Source: a virus. Taken from it: a stretch of DNA of 64,000 bases. Below are positions 9,029 to 17,836 of the stretch, piece by piece. The DNA lies in IMG/VR virus record IMGVR_UViG_3300042879_003994, positions 1-64,000 of that record. One strand, written 5' to 3'. The position numbers and the translations under genes were made by a program. The notes beneath the pieces were generated by a model. It worked only from the letters and a program-made list of their open reading frames with translations. It did no database searches and was not told the origin of the DNA. How positions within the stretch are numbered: position 1 is the stretch's first letter; the number at the start of each line of letters is the position of its first letter.

Positions 9029-10021
9029 TCAGATTAATTCTTTATTCCCAGAGAAAAGTATTTCGATTGGTTGATCTAAAGCGTGAAGTAGCTGACTTTT
9101 TATAAAAGATTGCATAGCTTGTAGGGTATTAAATTTATAAAGATTATTATTCTGCAAGAGTTTATATGTATGTATCTTTTCTAGAATATCACATTTATTA
9201 ATAATTAGTTTAGTAACACCAGAAATTTTAATTGCATCAATTAGTTTATTTAAATTTAGCCAGTTAGCAATTCTTCTACGACCAGTAGTTGATCCAAATT
9301 CTTGACCAGTTTCTATCAGCATATTCAACTCTGGGTCTTGCCAAAGACTTTCTGGAAATAAAGGATCTACTCCGCTTTTCGTATCATAAATCTTTGCCAC
9401 GCCAATAATATCTTTAATCTTTTTAGGCGAAAAGCCTAGAGAACAAGCAGAATAGGGCAGAGTTTCACTACTTGTAACATATGGATAATCGCCGTAATTT
9501 ATATCCAACCAAAAACTTTGCGCTCCTTCACATAAAATATTACCATAAAGTTCACCATCCCAAAGATATTGTTTATCAATATAATCTCTAGCAAGTTTGC
9601 CTATTCTCAACATCTTATCTCCATACGCAGGAGCAATGCCTTGGCCAGTTGTTCCTAGTTTCTTTTTAAGAACTTGAAGATCATATTGAATGTGCTTTTC
9701 TGTGATAATATGAGCTTTTGGACTTACTTTAATTAATGATGTATCAAAACCTTCTTTCTGAAGATACTCTATTTCATCAAAAAATTTATCAACATTAATA
9801 ACACAATTAGGTCCAATAACGCTAAGTTTATTTTGAAAAACTCCGCATGGGATAATATGAGTTTTATATTTCTTATCTCCTAAGTATACAGTATGCCCTG
9901 CATTTGGTCCACCATTCCAACGGCAAACTATATCGTAATTTCTGCTAATAGCATTACTTATCTTGCCCTTACCTTCATCACCCCAAGCTAGGCCAAATAT
10001 AATATCTACTGAGTTTATCAT
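9029..10021 (-). CDS. purA: Adenylosuccinate synthetase, short form
   Basis: WGDEGKG, GGPNAGHT, GTTGQGIAPAY, EGAQ, YPYVTSS and EFGSTTGRRR motifs. Confidence 0.95.
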   Translation of the reverse strand: MINSVDIIFGLAWGDEGKGKISNAISRNYDIVCRWNGGPNAGHTVYLGDKKYKTHIIPCGVFQNKLSVIGPNCVINVDKFFDEIEYLQKEGFDTSLIKVSPKAHIITEKHIQYDLQVLKKKLGTTGQGIAPAYGDKMLRIGKLARDYIDKQYLWDGELYGNILCEGAQSFWLDINYGDYPYVTSSETLPYSACSLGFSPKKIKDIIGVAKIYDTKSGVDPLFPESLWQDPELNMLIETGQEFGSTTGRRRIANWLNLNKLIDAIKISGVTKLIINKCDILEKIHTYKLLQNNNLYKFNTLQAMQSFIKSQLLHALDQPIEILFSGNKELI

Positions 10022-10076
10022 TAATTTATATTATTATAATCAAAGTATAGCTAAAATACAAGTGTAAATTATCAAT

Positions 10077-11042
10077 ATGTTTAAATATATATTAGGATTT
10101 TCAGCATTCATATTAGCGTCTTGTGCGGCTTTCTTTTCTGTGAAAGGAATAGCTCTTCTTTTCGCTGCAAGTTTCTGGAGCGTGGCAGTAATGGCTGGTA
10201 GCCTTGAACTTGCTAAATTAATATCTGCTAGTTATCTTTATCGTTATTGGAAAGATATAAATAAAATTCTTAAAAACTATATGTTAGCCGCGACTATTCT
10301 GCTTATGGGCATTACTAGTCTTGGTATATTCGGTTTTCTTTCGGATGCATTTCAAAGAAATTTCTCGCAATATAGTTTAAACTTATCAAAAATTAATAGT
10401 CTAAAATCTCAACAAACTTTTTTAACTTCTCAAATAGAATTTAATAAAAATAAATTAAAAGACTTAATAGAACTTCAAAAAACATATCAATCATCTTTAG
10501 ACAATGCAGTAAAGCAAGATGTAACAACTACCAAAACTACTAGTGGTGGGTTATTTAGTAGTGGTCAAACTGAAAAAGTCACAGATATAAGATTAGTAGA
10601 AAGTCGAAATAAAATAGTAGAAGGATCTCAGCAAAATATTAATAATCTATTTTCACAAATATCTACTGTTACTACTGATCTTCAAAATCTAGAGAAACAA
10701 TCTTCTGAAAATGCTCAGACCATTATTCAGCTAGAAAGCGATAATACAAAGGGTGAGATAGGTACATTTAAATTTGTGGCAGAGGCTTTTGGTATGAATA
10801 TAGAAACCGCTGTGAGAATATTTATTATATTGATAGTGATTGTGTTTGATCCATTAGCAGTTTGTCTTGTAATAGCTTACAACTCTTTAAATAAAAAAGA
10901 ATATAAAATAGAACCAAAAGAAATAATAAAAGAACAACAAATAGAAAAACCAATAGAAAAATTAAAAATTATATATAGAGACTTTAAAAGAGGAACGAAG
11001 GTAAAACATAATCCAGACTTTGCAGATCCTAATCTAAATTAG
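10077..11042 (+). CDS. Membrane-anchored coiled-coil protein
   Basis: N-terminal hydrophobic helices with LELAKL, long coiled coil, C-terminal IVFDPLAV helix. Confidence 0.7.
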   Translation: MFKYILGFSAFILASCAAFFSVKGIALLFAASFWSVAVMAGSLELAKLISASYLYRYWKDINKILKNYMLAATILLMGITSLGIFGFLSDAFQRNFSQYSLNLSKINSLKSQQTFLTSQIEFNKNKLKDLIELQKTYQSSLDNAVKQDVTTTKTTSGGLFSSGQTEKVTDIRLVESRNKIVEGSQQNINNLFSQISTVTTDLQNLEKQSSENAQTIIQLESDNTKGEIGTFKFVAEAFGMNIETAVRIFIILIVIVFDPLAVCLVIAYNSLNKKEYKIEPKEIIKEQQIEKPIEKLKIIYRDFKRGTKVKHNPDFADPNLN

Positions 11043-11055
11043 TGTAATACTCTCT

Positions 11056-12222
11056 ATGGCTAACTTATGCTCATCAAGTCAACTAAATGGTTGTGCTAAT
11101 TGTGGATCAAATTTATCTTTATTCGCTATAAGTACAAGTGTTTCTCAGGCTAAATTTGGATATGCGTGTTTGGATGAAAGCGCTGGTGGCCCATTTCTTG
11201 CTACTTCTACTAGTTCTAATCTAAACAGCCAAGGTATAGAAACTCTTATCTGTGGCGCAGATAATACACTTTGCTCATACTCCTTCTCATCTCGTTTAAA
11301 TTATGGAGTAGATAGTTATGGTCAAATATTTATAGGAACAAACAGTAGTTTACTTTACTCGTATAATAGTTATTTTAAAGATGGATGTGGTTCTTGTTCT
11401 CCACCAAACGAATCTTTTAGTACAGACAATTACTCTAGCCAGACTATTTCTAAAAGAAATGCCTGTGAAGAAGATAAAACAACGTCTTCAGATCCATTTG
11501 GACCACCCAATCTTTGCATGGTTCCTTGCGATAGCCCAGGATGCTCTAATTCATATTCATGTGAAAAAGTAATCAATACAGACTCTGATAGTACTAATTT
11601 TGATGGCATATTTACACCTACTCCTCCATGTACTGATTGTGATGGCAATCCTATAATATGTCCACCTCCATTTGGTTATTCTGTAACATCTAATTTATCT
11701 GCAAATATTATCCAATCCGTATCAAATATCTGCACCTTATCTCTCGTTTACGGCCTTTGTAAATCTTCAGCAGAAGTAAAAATTTCTCTTCTAGAATCTA
11801 ACGGACCTCAAGATTGTCAAAACGGAAAATGTGGAGATGGAAAAAAAGACGATTGCTGGGGAAGTGCTTCGCCCTTTTCAATAGTTGATAATAATCTTGA
11901 CGATCCTAACGCAAATTCTACGACATCTCAGAAACTAAAGTTTAAAATTGCTGCTCCTAAAGAAGGTTTCGATAAAAAATATAAAAGTATCTCTGGAAGA
12001 GTTATTCTTTATTATGGTGGAACTGAAGGAAAGACTCCTTGCTGTGATGATGATTTTGATGGTACTGTAGTAGGAGAAAATTCATACTCAATTTCAGCTG
12101 GACAAACATTTAAAGATGATTACTTTGCTGCTAATTGCGGAGCCTTTGATAACGATGATCAAAGTTCGGTAGGCGAAACTATAAATATTTGTTATACTAT
12201 TGATAGAATAACATTTATTTAA
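11056..12222 (+). CDS. Cysteine-rich protein (25 Cys by count), paralog of 53927..55063
   Basis: N-terminal C..S.LNGCA.CG and a near-identical C-terminal third shared with the paralog. Confidence 0.75.
   Translation: MANLCSSSQLNGCANCGSNLSLFAISTSVSQAKFGYACLDESAGGPFLATSTSSNLNSQGIETLICGADNTLCSYSFSSRLNYGVDSYGQIFIGTNSSLLYSYNSYFKDGCGSCSPPNESFSTDNYSSQTISKRNACEEDKTTSSDPFGPPNLCMVPCDSPGCSNSYSCEKVINTDSDSTNFDGIFTPTPPCTDCDGNPIICPPPFGYSVTSNLSANIIQSVSNICTLSLVYGLCKSSAEVKISLLESNGPQDCQNGKCGDGKKDDCWGSASPFSIVDNNLDDPNANSTTSQKLKFKIAAPKEGFDKKYKSISGRVILYYGGTEGKTPCCDDDFDGTVVGENSYSISAGQTFKDDYFAANCGAFDNDDQSSVGETINICYTIDRITFI
11836..11951 (+). repeat. 116-bp tract identical to the reverse complement of 54198-54313
   Basis: Base-by-base manual comparison. 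Confidence 0.9.
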
Positions 12223-12410
12223 TATTTCTTAATTTTATAGTTTTTATTAGAAGGATCTATCTTAAGGATGTGAGCTTTAGCTTTAGATAATCCCTCTTTT
12301 GATGGAGGAAATACTCCATAAAGAAAATTATCATTTTTACTAAAAATAGCGTAGTACTTATGTTTTAGTTTCTTCTGATTCTGATTTTTTGTCTTGGTTT
12401 TCTTTTTCAT
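12219..12410 (-). CDS. Small basic hypothetical protein
   Basis: 63-aa ORF overlapping the upstream gene. Confidence 0.5.
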   Translation of the reverse strand: MKKKTKTKNQNQKKLKHKYYAIFSKNDNFLYGVFPPSKEGLSKAKAHILKIDPSNKNYKIKKY

Positions 12411-12621
12411 TTACTAATTTCATTAGATGTTCTTTTAAAGCGTCTCTAGCTTTATCGCAAAAATCTTGTCCCATTTGACCACAGCAATTTTTAAACTTTT
12501 TACCGGTATATGGACAAACTGTATTCCTTGGTATCTTAGGATATATTCTGACTATAGGACTAAATTCTGTAGCCCTAGCATATTCTATTGAAGTTAGTTT
12601 ATCTACATTTTCTTTATCCAT
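12358..12621 (-). CDS. SEC-C-like motif protein
   Basis: PRNTVCPYTGKKFKNCCG resembles the SEC-C motif RNDPCPCGSGKKYKKCCG. Confidence 0.65.
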   Translation of the reverse strand: MDKENVDKLTSIEYARATEFSPIVRIYPKIPRNTVCPYTGKKFKNCCGQMGQDFCDKARDALKEHLMKLVNEKENQDKKSESEETKT

Positions 12622-12650
12622 AATATATTATATGTTATTTATTGAGTAAA

Positions 12651-13763
12651 TCAAATTTTTCCATGAGCAAAGCCTTCATACATGCTATTGGGGCTATTCC
12701 TAACGGCTTGAATCTTGTTAAGCCATAAACCGCCCCTCATATCCTTAAGATCTCTAAAACCTAAATAGCTCATTGCGCTTCTTAGTCCATTGGCAAAATC
12801 ATAAACAACGTCTTCTAAAGATTTGTTCTCTATAATAGGAATTAAGGTGTTGTCTCCTTCTACAAATAGATTCTTTTTTGTGCCATCATATAATTCGTAA
12901 TCTTCGACAACATCTCTGCTTGCCATACCTCTGTATTTCGCGAATGTCTTACCATCTTTCTCAATTATGTCTTGATCATCAACAACATCTGATAGTCCGG
13001 CAAATATTCTACCGCATATAACCGCATCACACCCACTAGCTATAGCTTTAACAAGATCCTTTGGATATCTAATTCCACCATCAGTTAGTATACTTGGTCT
13101 ATTTGATGGGTCGGGTTCATTTGAATTAAACAAATCTACTTGAGATAGTTCCCAATTCCTAACGGCTTTCCAAGCGTAATAATTACCAGTTAAACTTGGA
13201 CATCCTATCCCAGTTTTTACTTGAGTTAAACACATTGAACCTGGACCAATTAAGTGTCTAAATCCATCTGCTTTTAATGTAGCTAGTCTATAAACGCTTT
13301 GTTTTGTTAGTGTATTTCCAACGATGATATCTTGCTTAAATCCAGCGGTTTTATACCATCTTAGAAAATCTTCTACATTTTTAGCTAAACCATTTGCTGT
13401 ATCTAGAAAATATATATCTGTATATGTACTGGTTGCTCTAATCCTGTTGTCTGCGTCTTTTAAACCGATAGCTGTAACGCAAAAATCACTTTCATCTTTA
13501 ATAATTTTTGATTTACTAGCTTGATCATCAATAGACATAAATCTATGTATTACGCCCGCTCCACCCAATTTATTAATCTTAATACAAGATTTTACAGATG
13601 AAACTGTATCCATTGGAGATAAGATAATTGGTATTTTTATCTGGTGATTTTTTGAAATCTTAGTCTTTGTGCTTACTTCTTTTCTTGAATTAATATCTGA
13701 AAAGTTTGGTAAAAGGGAAATATCATCATAACTTAAGGCTTCTTTAAATTCTTGTTTTTGCAT
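12651..13763 (-). CDS. IMPDH/GMP reductase family enzyme without CBS domains, probably a GMP reductase
   Basis: LSYDDISLLP, SPMDTV, GPGSMCLT (catalytic Cys), DGGIR, YRGMAS, GLRSAMSYLG; no Arg-Tyr dyad in the flap. Confidence 0.85.
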   Translation of the reverse strand: MQKQEFKEALSYDDISLLPNFSDINSRKEVSTKTKISKNHQIKIPIILSPMDTVSSVKSCIKINKLGGAGVIHRFMSIDDQASKSKIIKDESDFCVTAIGLKDADNRIRATSTYTDIYFLDTANGLAKNVEDFLRWYKTAGFKQDIIVGNTLTKQSVYRLATLKADGFRHLIGPGSMCLTQVKTGIGCPSLTGNYYAWKAVRNWELSQVDLFNSNEPDPSNRPSILTDGGIRYPKDLVKAIASGCDAVICGRIFAGLSDVVDDQDIIEKDGKTFAKYRGMASRDVVEDYELYDGTKKNLFVEGDNTLIPIIENKSLEDVVYDFANGLRSAMSYLGFRDLKDMRGGLWLNKIQAVRNSPNSMYEGFAHGKI

Positions 13764-13806
13764 TTAAGTATAGTATTAAAATTTTTCAAAAAAATCAAGC
13801 CAAATC

Positions 13807-13841
13807 TTGACTCTAGTATAAAAAAGATATATAATACTTAA
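13807..13841 (+). promoter_or_regulatory. sigma70-like promoter, back-to-back with a minus-strand promoter at 13770-13798
   Basis: TTGACT-17-TATAAT-6-ATG on the plus strand; TTGATT-17-TACTAT-6-ATG on the minus strand. Confidence 0.8.
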
Positions 13842-13916
13842 ATGGTCGAAACATTTATATGTGTTATATTAGGGTTCATGCTTTTAGCGTATTGGCAATA
13901 TAAAGATGCAAAATAA
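13842..13916 (+). CDS. 24-aa hydrophobic peptide MVETFICVILGFMLLAYWQYKDAK, missing from the ORF track
   Basis: ATG at the predicted +1 of the promoter; overlaps the start of the dCMP deaminase gene. Confidence 0.55.
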   Translation: MVETFICVILGFMLLAYWQYKDAK

Positions 13917-14322
13917 TAGAATCTCATTTATCGAAGCAGCAATGCTGACGGCTACTATTTGGTCTAATAGATCAGAAGACTTACATAAAAAAGTAGGAGC
14001 GTGTATCTTAAATGAAGAAGGCAGAGTGTTATCCGTAGGATACAATGGTCTAACTTCAAAATTAAATAAAGATATTTCTTTTTGGGAAAATAGAGATAAT
14101 AGACGCGATTATGTCATTCATGCCGAAGTGAATGCTTTGGCTTTAATAAAAAAACAAGACAATCCATACTTAATTGCCACAACTCTTCTTCCTTGCTCTC
14201 ATTGTGCGACTAATATAGCTTGCTATAATATTAAAAAGGTAGTATATACTGAAGAATATGAAAAAGATCAAAAAGCTAAGGAAATATTTAAATTCTATAA
14301 TATAGAACTAATAAAAATATGA
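13906..14322 (+). CDS. dCMP deaminase (ComEB-like)
   Basis: VGACI, GYNG, HAEVNAL and PCSHC motifs. Confidence 0.9.
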   Translation: MQNNRISFIEAAMLTATIWSNRSEDLHKKVGACILNEEGRVLSVGYNGLTSKLNKDISFWENRDNRRDYVIHAEVNALALIKKQDNPYLIATTLLPCSHCATNIACYNIKKVVYTEEYEKDQKAKEIFKFYNIELIKI

Positions 14323-14807
14323 AATATATTTTCATCTCTATTTTACTTTTAAACGCTAATCTATATTCTCAATCTGGTCAGATATATGAAACATATAAGA
14401 CAAAGGTTGATTCTACTGACGAGTCTCACGGAACTATTTTTCCGAAGCCATTCCAGACTTTCAATTATATAAAAACGCACAGGGGCATTGAGTTGTATGA
14501 GACGTATAAAACCACAACTGGTTCCACAAATGAATCTAAGGGTACTATTTTTTCAAAGCCATTCCCTAAATACATAATAATTGAAAATAAAATATACGAA
14601 ACATATAATAATAAGTCTTACAAGACAAACGAATCTCATGGAACAATATTTACTAAACCATTTGAGTCTAGCCAAATATTAGAAGATGTAGATATATCTA
14701 AGTTTAAAACAAAAAATAAAGAGGATATAAAAATTACTTACCAAGTTAAATTTAAGGAAACACTTCCGAAATATAATGGTGAAGGAGACATAACTTATGG
14801 AGAATAA
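14319..14807 (+). CDS. Exported protein with three internal repeats
   Basis: Signal peptide; YETY......T.ES.GTIF.KPF occurs three times. Confidence 0.7.
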   Translation: MKYIFISILLLNANLYSQSGQIYETYKTKVDSTDESHGTIFPKPFQTFNYIKTHRGIELYETYKTTTGSTNESKGTIFSKPFPKYIIIENKIYETYNNKSYKTNESHGTIFTKPFESSQILEDVDISKFKTKNKEDIKITYQVKFKETLPKYNGEGDITYGE

Positions 14808-15396
14808 TATGATTGGATTAACTGGAGTAGCAAGATCTGGAAAAGACACTTTCTACGCCATCTTAAAAAGATACCTAAAAGAGAAGAATATAGATTCTCA
14901 AAGAATAGCCTTAGCTGATAACCTAAAATATGAATTAGGAGATTTTGTTAAAGAAAAATTTAAGATAGATCTAAATAAATGTGATGGGTCTGATAAAGAA
15001 CTAATAAGACCACTAATGGTTGCTTATGGAAAATGCAGGAGAGTTCAAACCGAAGGCAAATATTGGACATCATTAGTTGAAGCGAAAATAAAAGAATTAA
15101 ATAAAAATAATATACTTCCAATTATTACCGACATCAGATATATTGAATACAAAGAAGATGAATATTCTTGGCTTAAAAGCCATAATGGTATCTTGGTGCA
15201 TATATCAAGAAAACTAGATGATGGAAGTTTAATTCCGCCAGCGAATATTGAAGAGAAATCTAATGACAATAAATTAAAAGCTGTTGCAGATTATTCTATA
15301 TCTTGGGAAACTTGTCAAGATGTTAATTTTCTTTACGAGTTGATGCAAAAAAATTTAAAAAATATATACGAGAAATTTCTGGAGAATAAAAAATAA
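14797..15396 (+). CDS. Deoxynucleoside monophosphate kinase-like P-loop protein
   Basis: IGLTGVARSGKDT, ALADNLK and IITDIRY motifs. Confidence 0.8.
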   Translation: MENNMIGLTGVARSGKDTFYAILKRYLKEKNIDSQRIALADNLKYELGDFVKEKFKIDLNKCDGSDKELIRPLMVAYGKCRRVQTEGKYWTSLVEAKIKELNKNNILPIITDIRYIEYKEDEYSWLKSHNGILVHISRKLDDGSLIPPANIEEKSNDNKLKAVADYSISWETCQDVNFLYELMQKNLKNIYEKFLENKK

Positions 15397-15398
15397 TT

Positions 15399-15992
15399 AT
15401 GAATATAACATTAGACGACAATACATTAGTAAAAAATGTTCAAGAGAAAAATGATGAAGAAGCATTAAAAATGCTTATAGACCGTCATTCTGCTCTTTGT
15501 AATTCATTATATAAGAAATATTCTAATTCTATGATTAATTCTGGAGTACATCTTCAAGATGTGGTTGATCAAAAGGATTACATCGTATATAAATCTGCAA
15601 TGTCTTTTGATCCTTGCAAAAACTCAAAGTTTTCAACTTGGCTATATAATCAAGTAAGATATCAGTGTTTAAATTGTATTAATGAAAACTCTCATTATTT
15701 AACCTTAGAGGCAGATAAATTAAACTATCTAGTAGAAAAATATAATTCACCAGAAAAAGAATACAAGAATATTAATGATTATATATTTAATATAATTGAT
15801 TCTTGCTCTGATCAAAGAGTTAAAAATATATTTGAAATGAGATATTCCAATAATTCAAGCAAAAAAATGCCTTGGAATAAGATAGCTAAAAAATTAAAAA
15901 TAAGCACACAAACTGCAATAAATATACACAATAAGGCATTAAAGCTATTAAAGAATAAAATTGAAAGTAAAAATTGTTTTGACAAAATATAA
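15399..15992 (+). CDS. Phage sigma70-family RNA polymerase sigma factor (regions 2 and 4)
   Basis: FDP.KNSKFSTWLY region 2 and C-terminal HTH (IAKKLKISTQTA..IHNKAL). Confidence 0.85.
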   Translation: MNITLDDNTLVKNVQEKNDEEALKMLIDRHSALCNSLYKKYSNSMINSGVHLQDVVDQKDYIVYKSAMSFDPCKNSKFSTWLYNQVRYQCLNCINENSHYLTLEADKLNYLVEKYNSPEKEYKNINDYIFNIIDSCSDQRVKNIFEMRYSNNSSKKMPWNKIAKKLKISTQTAINIHNKALKLLKNKIESKNCFDKI

Positions 15993-16016
15993 TATAAGTC
16001 ATACAATATTAAAATT

Positions 16017-16331
16017 ATGAATAACAACAATCAAAACCAACAAAATAAGAATCAAGAGCTAGGCGCTCTATGGAAGAAAAAAAGCAAAACTGGAATGTCA
16101 TTTCTATCTGGATATATCAACGATAATGATGGTCAAAGAATTGACGTTGTAGTATTTGCTAATGGCAATAAGAAAAATGAAAAGGCTCCAGATTATAGAC
16201 TTTACATTTCTAAACCGTTAGAAAATAGACAGGCTAATTCTACGCCTACTCGTCAATCTGCCACAAAGCAAGTAACCCCACAAAAGAAAGTAGTTCAACA
16301 AGTTCAAGAAGACGAAGACGATATTCTATGA
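16017..16331 (+). CDS. DUF736-like putative ssDNA-binding protein
   Basis: LGALWKK.SK.G..FLSG...PDYR pattern and acidic tail EDEDDIL. Confidence 0.6.
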   Translation: MNNNNQNQQNKNQELGALWKKKSKTGMSFLSGYINDNDGQRIDVVVFANGNKKNEKAPDYRLYISKPLENRQANSTPTRQSATKQVTPQKKVVQQVQEDEDDIL

Positions 16332-17413
16332 GTTTAAGTTTCAATTTGCCCATTAACACTGTAAGTTTTGGACAAATCTCTACTTTAATTCTTAGAGAAT
16401 TATTTGCTTTAGATAAAAATATCAATCTGTTACCGATAGGTAATCCAGATCTATCAACTCAATCTGATATAACTCCCCAATTTGGGGAATGGTTGCAGAA
16501 AAATATCAACCAAGCACTAGTTAATTATTCTAGAGAAGATAAGATATTTAAGCTATGGCATATCAATGGCTCTTTTGAGAGTTACTCAAATAAACAAATT
16601 CTTCTTAGTTTTTACGAACTAGACCAGCCTACTAAGGTTGAATTAAATACAATAAGAAATAATTATAAAGTTCTATTCTCTTGTAAAGAGACTGTTGATC
16701 TATATAATAATCTTGGATGTAAAAATGTAGAGTATATTCCTCTTGCGTTTGATAAATACAATTTTACTAGAATTGATAAGACATATTTTACTGATGATAG
16801 AATAGTGTTTAACCTTGTAGGAAAGTTAGAAAAAAGAAAGCATCATTTGAAAGTTTTACAGCTATGGGCTAATAAGTTTGGTAATAATAGAAAATACGCA
16901 TTACAATGCTCTATCTTTAATCCTTTTATGAAGCCAGAAGATCAAAACTCTTTGGTGTCTCAAGCTTTAAATGGTAAAAGTTATTTTAATATTAATTTTC
17001 TCCCATTCATGGGTCAAAATAAAATTTATAATGATTTTCTCAATAGCAGTCATATTGTTATTGGTATGAGTGGTGGTGAAGGCTGGGGATTACCAGAATT
17101 TCATTCTGTAGCTATGGGTAAACATGCTGTATTAATGAATGCTCATGGATATAAATCTTGGGCTAATAAAGATAATAGCGTATTAATTAATCCAAGTTCT
17201 AAAATTGAAGCTTATGATGGTATCTTTTTTCATAAGGGACTCCCATACAATCAAGGAAATATCTATGATTTTAATCCAGATGACTTTATTTCTGCATGCG
17301 AAGAAGCTATCAAAAGGGTAGAAAATAATAAAGTTAATAAAAATGGTTTAGAATTACAAAATACTTTTTCTTCTGAAAAGTTATTTAAAAATATAATATC
17401 TCATTTAGAATAG
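16328..17413 (+). CDS. GT-B glycosyltransferase (GT4-like)
   Basis: GKLEKRK and GEGWGLP..HSVAMGK motifs. Confidence 0.8.
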   Translation: MSLSFNLPINTVSFGQISTLILRELFALDKNINLLPIGNPDLSTQSDITPQFGEWLQKNINQALVNYSREDKIFKLWHINGSFESYSNKQILLSFYELDQPTKVELNTIRNNYKVLFSCKETVDLYNNLGCKNVEYIPLAFDKYNFTRIDKTYFTDDRIVFNLVGKLEKRKHHLKVLQLWANKFGNNRKYALQCSIFNPFMKPEDQNSLVSQALNGKSYFNINFLPFMGQNKIYNDFLNSSHIVIGMSGGEGWGLPEFHSVAMGKHAVLMNAHGYKSWANKDNSVLINPSSKIEAYDGIFFHKGLPYNQGNIYDFNPDDFISACEEAIKRVENNKVNKNGLELQNTFSSEKLFKNIISHLE

Positions 17414-17415
17414 AT

Positions 17416-17766
17416 ATGCCTCTGTATACTTATATAAATCCAGAAACAGAAGAAACTATAGATGTAATTCAATCTGTTCATGATCAGCATGTTTATATTG
17501 ATGAAAATGGATTAGAATGGAAAAGAGTTTTTACTGTACCAGAAGTTAATACGCAAGGTTCATTAAAAGCTGATTGTTCTCCTAGAGAGTTTTCTGAATT
17601 TACTAAAAATAAAAAAGGAACTCTTGGAGATATGTTTGATCGTAGCTCAGAGCTTTCTGAAAAAAGAAAGAAGCTTTATGGTAAAGATCCTGTGAAAGAA
17701 AAATATTTTAATGATTGGTCAAAAAAACGCAAAGGAAAGATACACCCAAAAAGTAAGTCGGATTAA
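17416..17766 (+). CDS. FmdB-like ribbon protein lacking the Cys ligands
   Basis: MPLYTY start and W.RVF..P pattern. Confidence 0.5.
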   Translation: MPLYTYINPETEETIDVIQSVHDQHVYIDENGLEWKRVFTVPEVNTQGSLKADCSPREFSEFTKNKKGTLGDMFDRSSELSEKRKKLYGKDPVKEKYFNDWSKKRKGKIHPKSKSD

Positions 17767-17836
17767 TTTGTTTATAACTTCTTGTTTTTTTCTTTTTTAA
17801 TTCTAAAAACTAATGTAATATTATACTCATAGTGTT

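Noticed and set aside
9029-10021. PurZ (2-aminoadenine, Z-genome pathway)
   Set aside because: The protein keeps the PurA catalytic Asp in GDEGKG, where PurZ has Ser; no dATPase or MazZ partner is recognisable in the window
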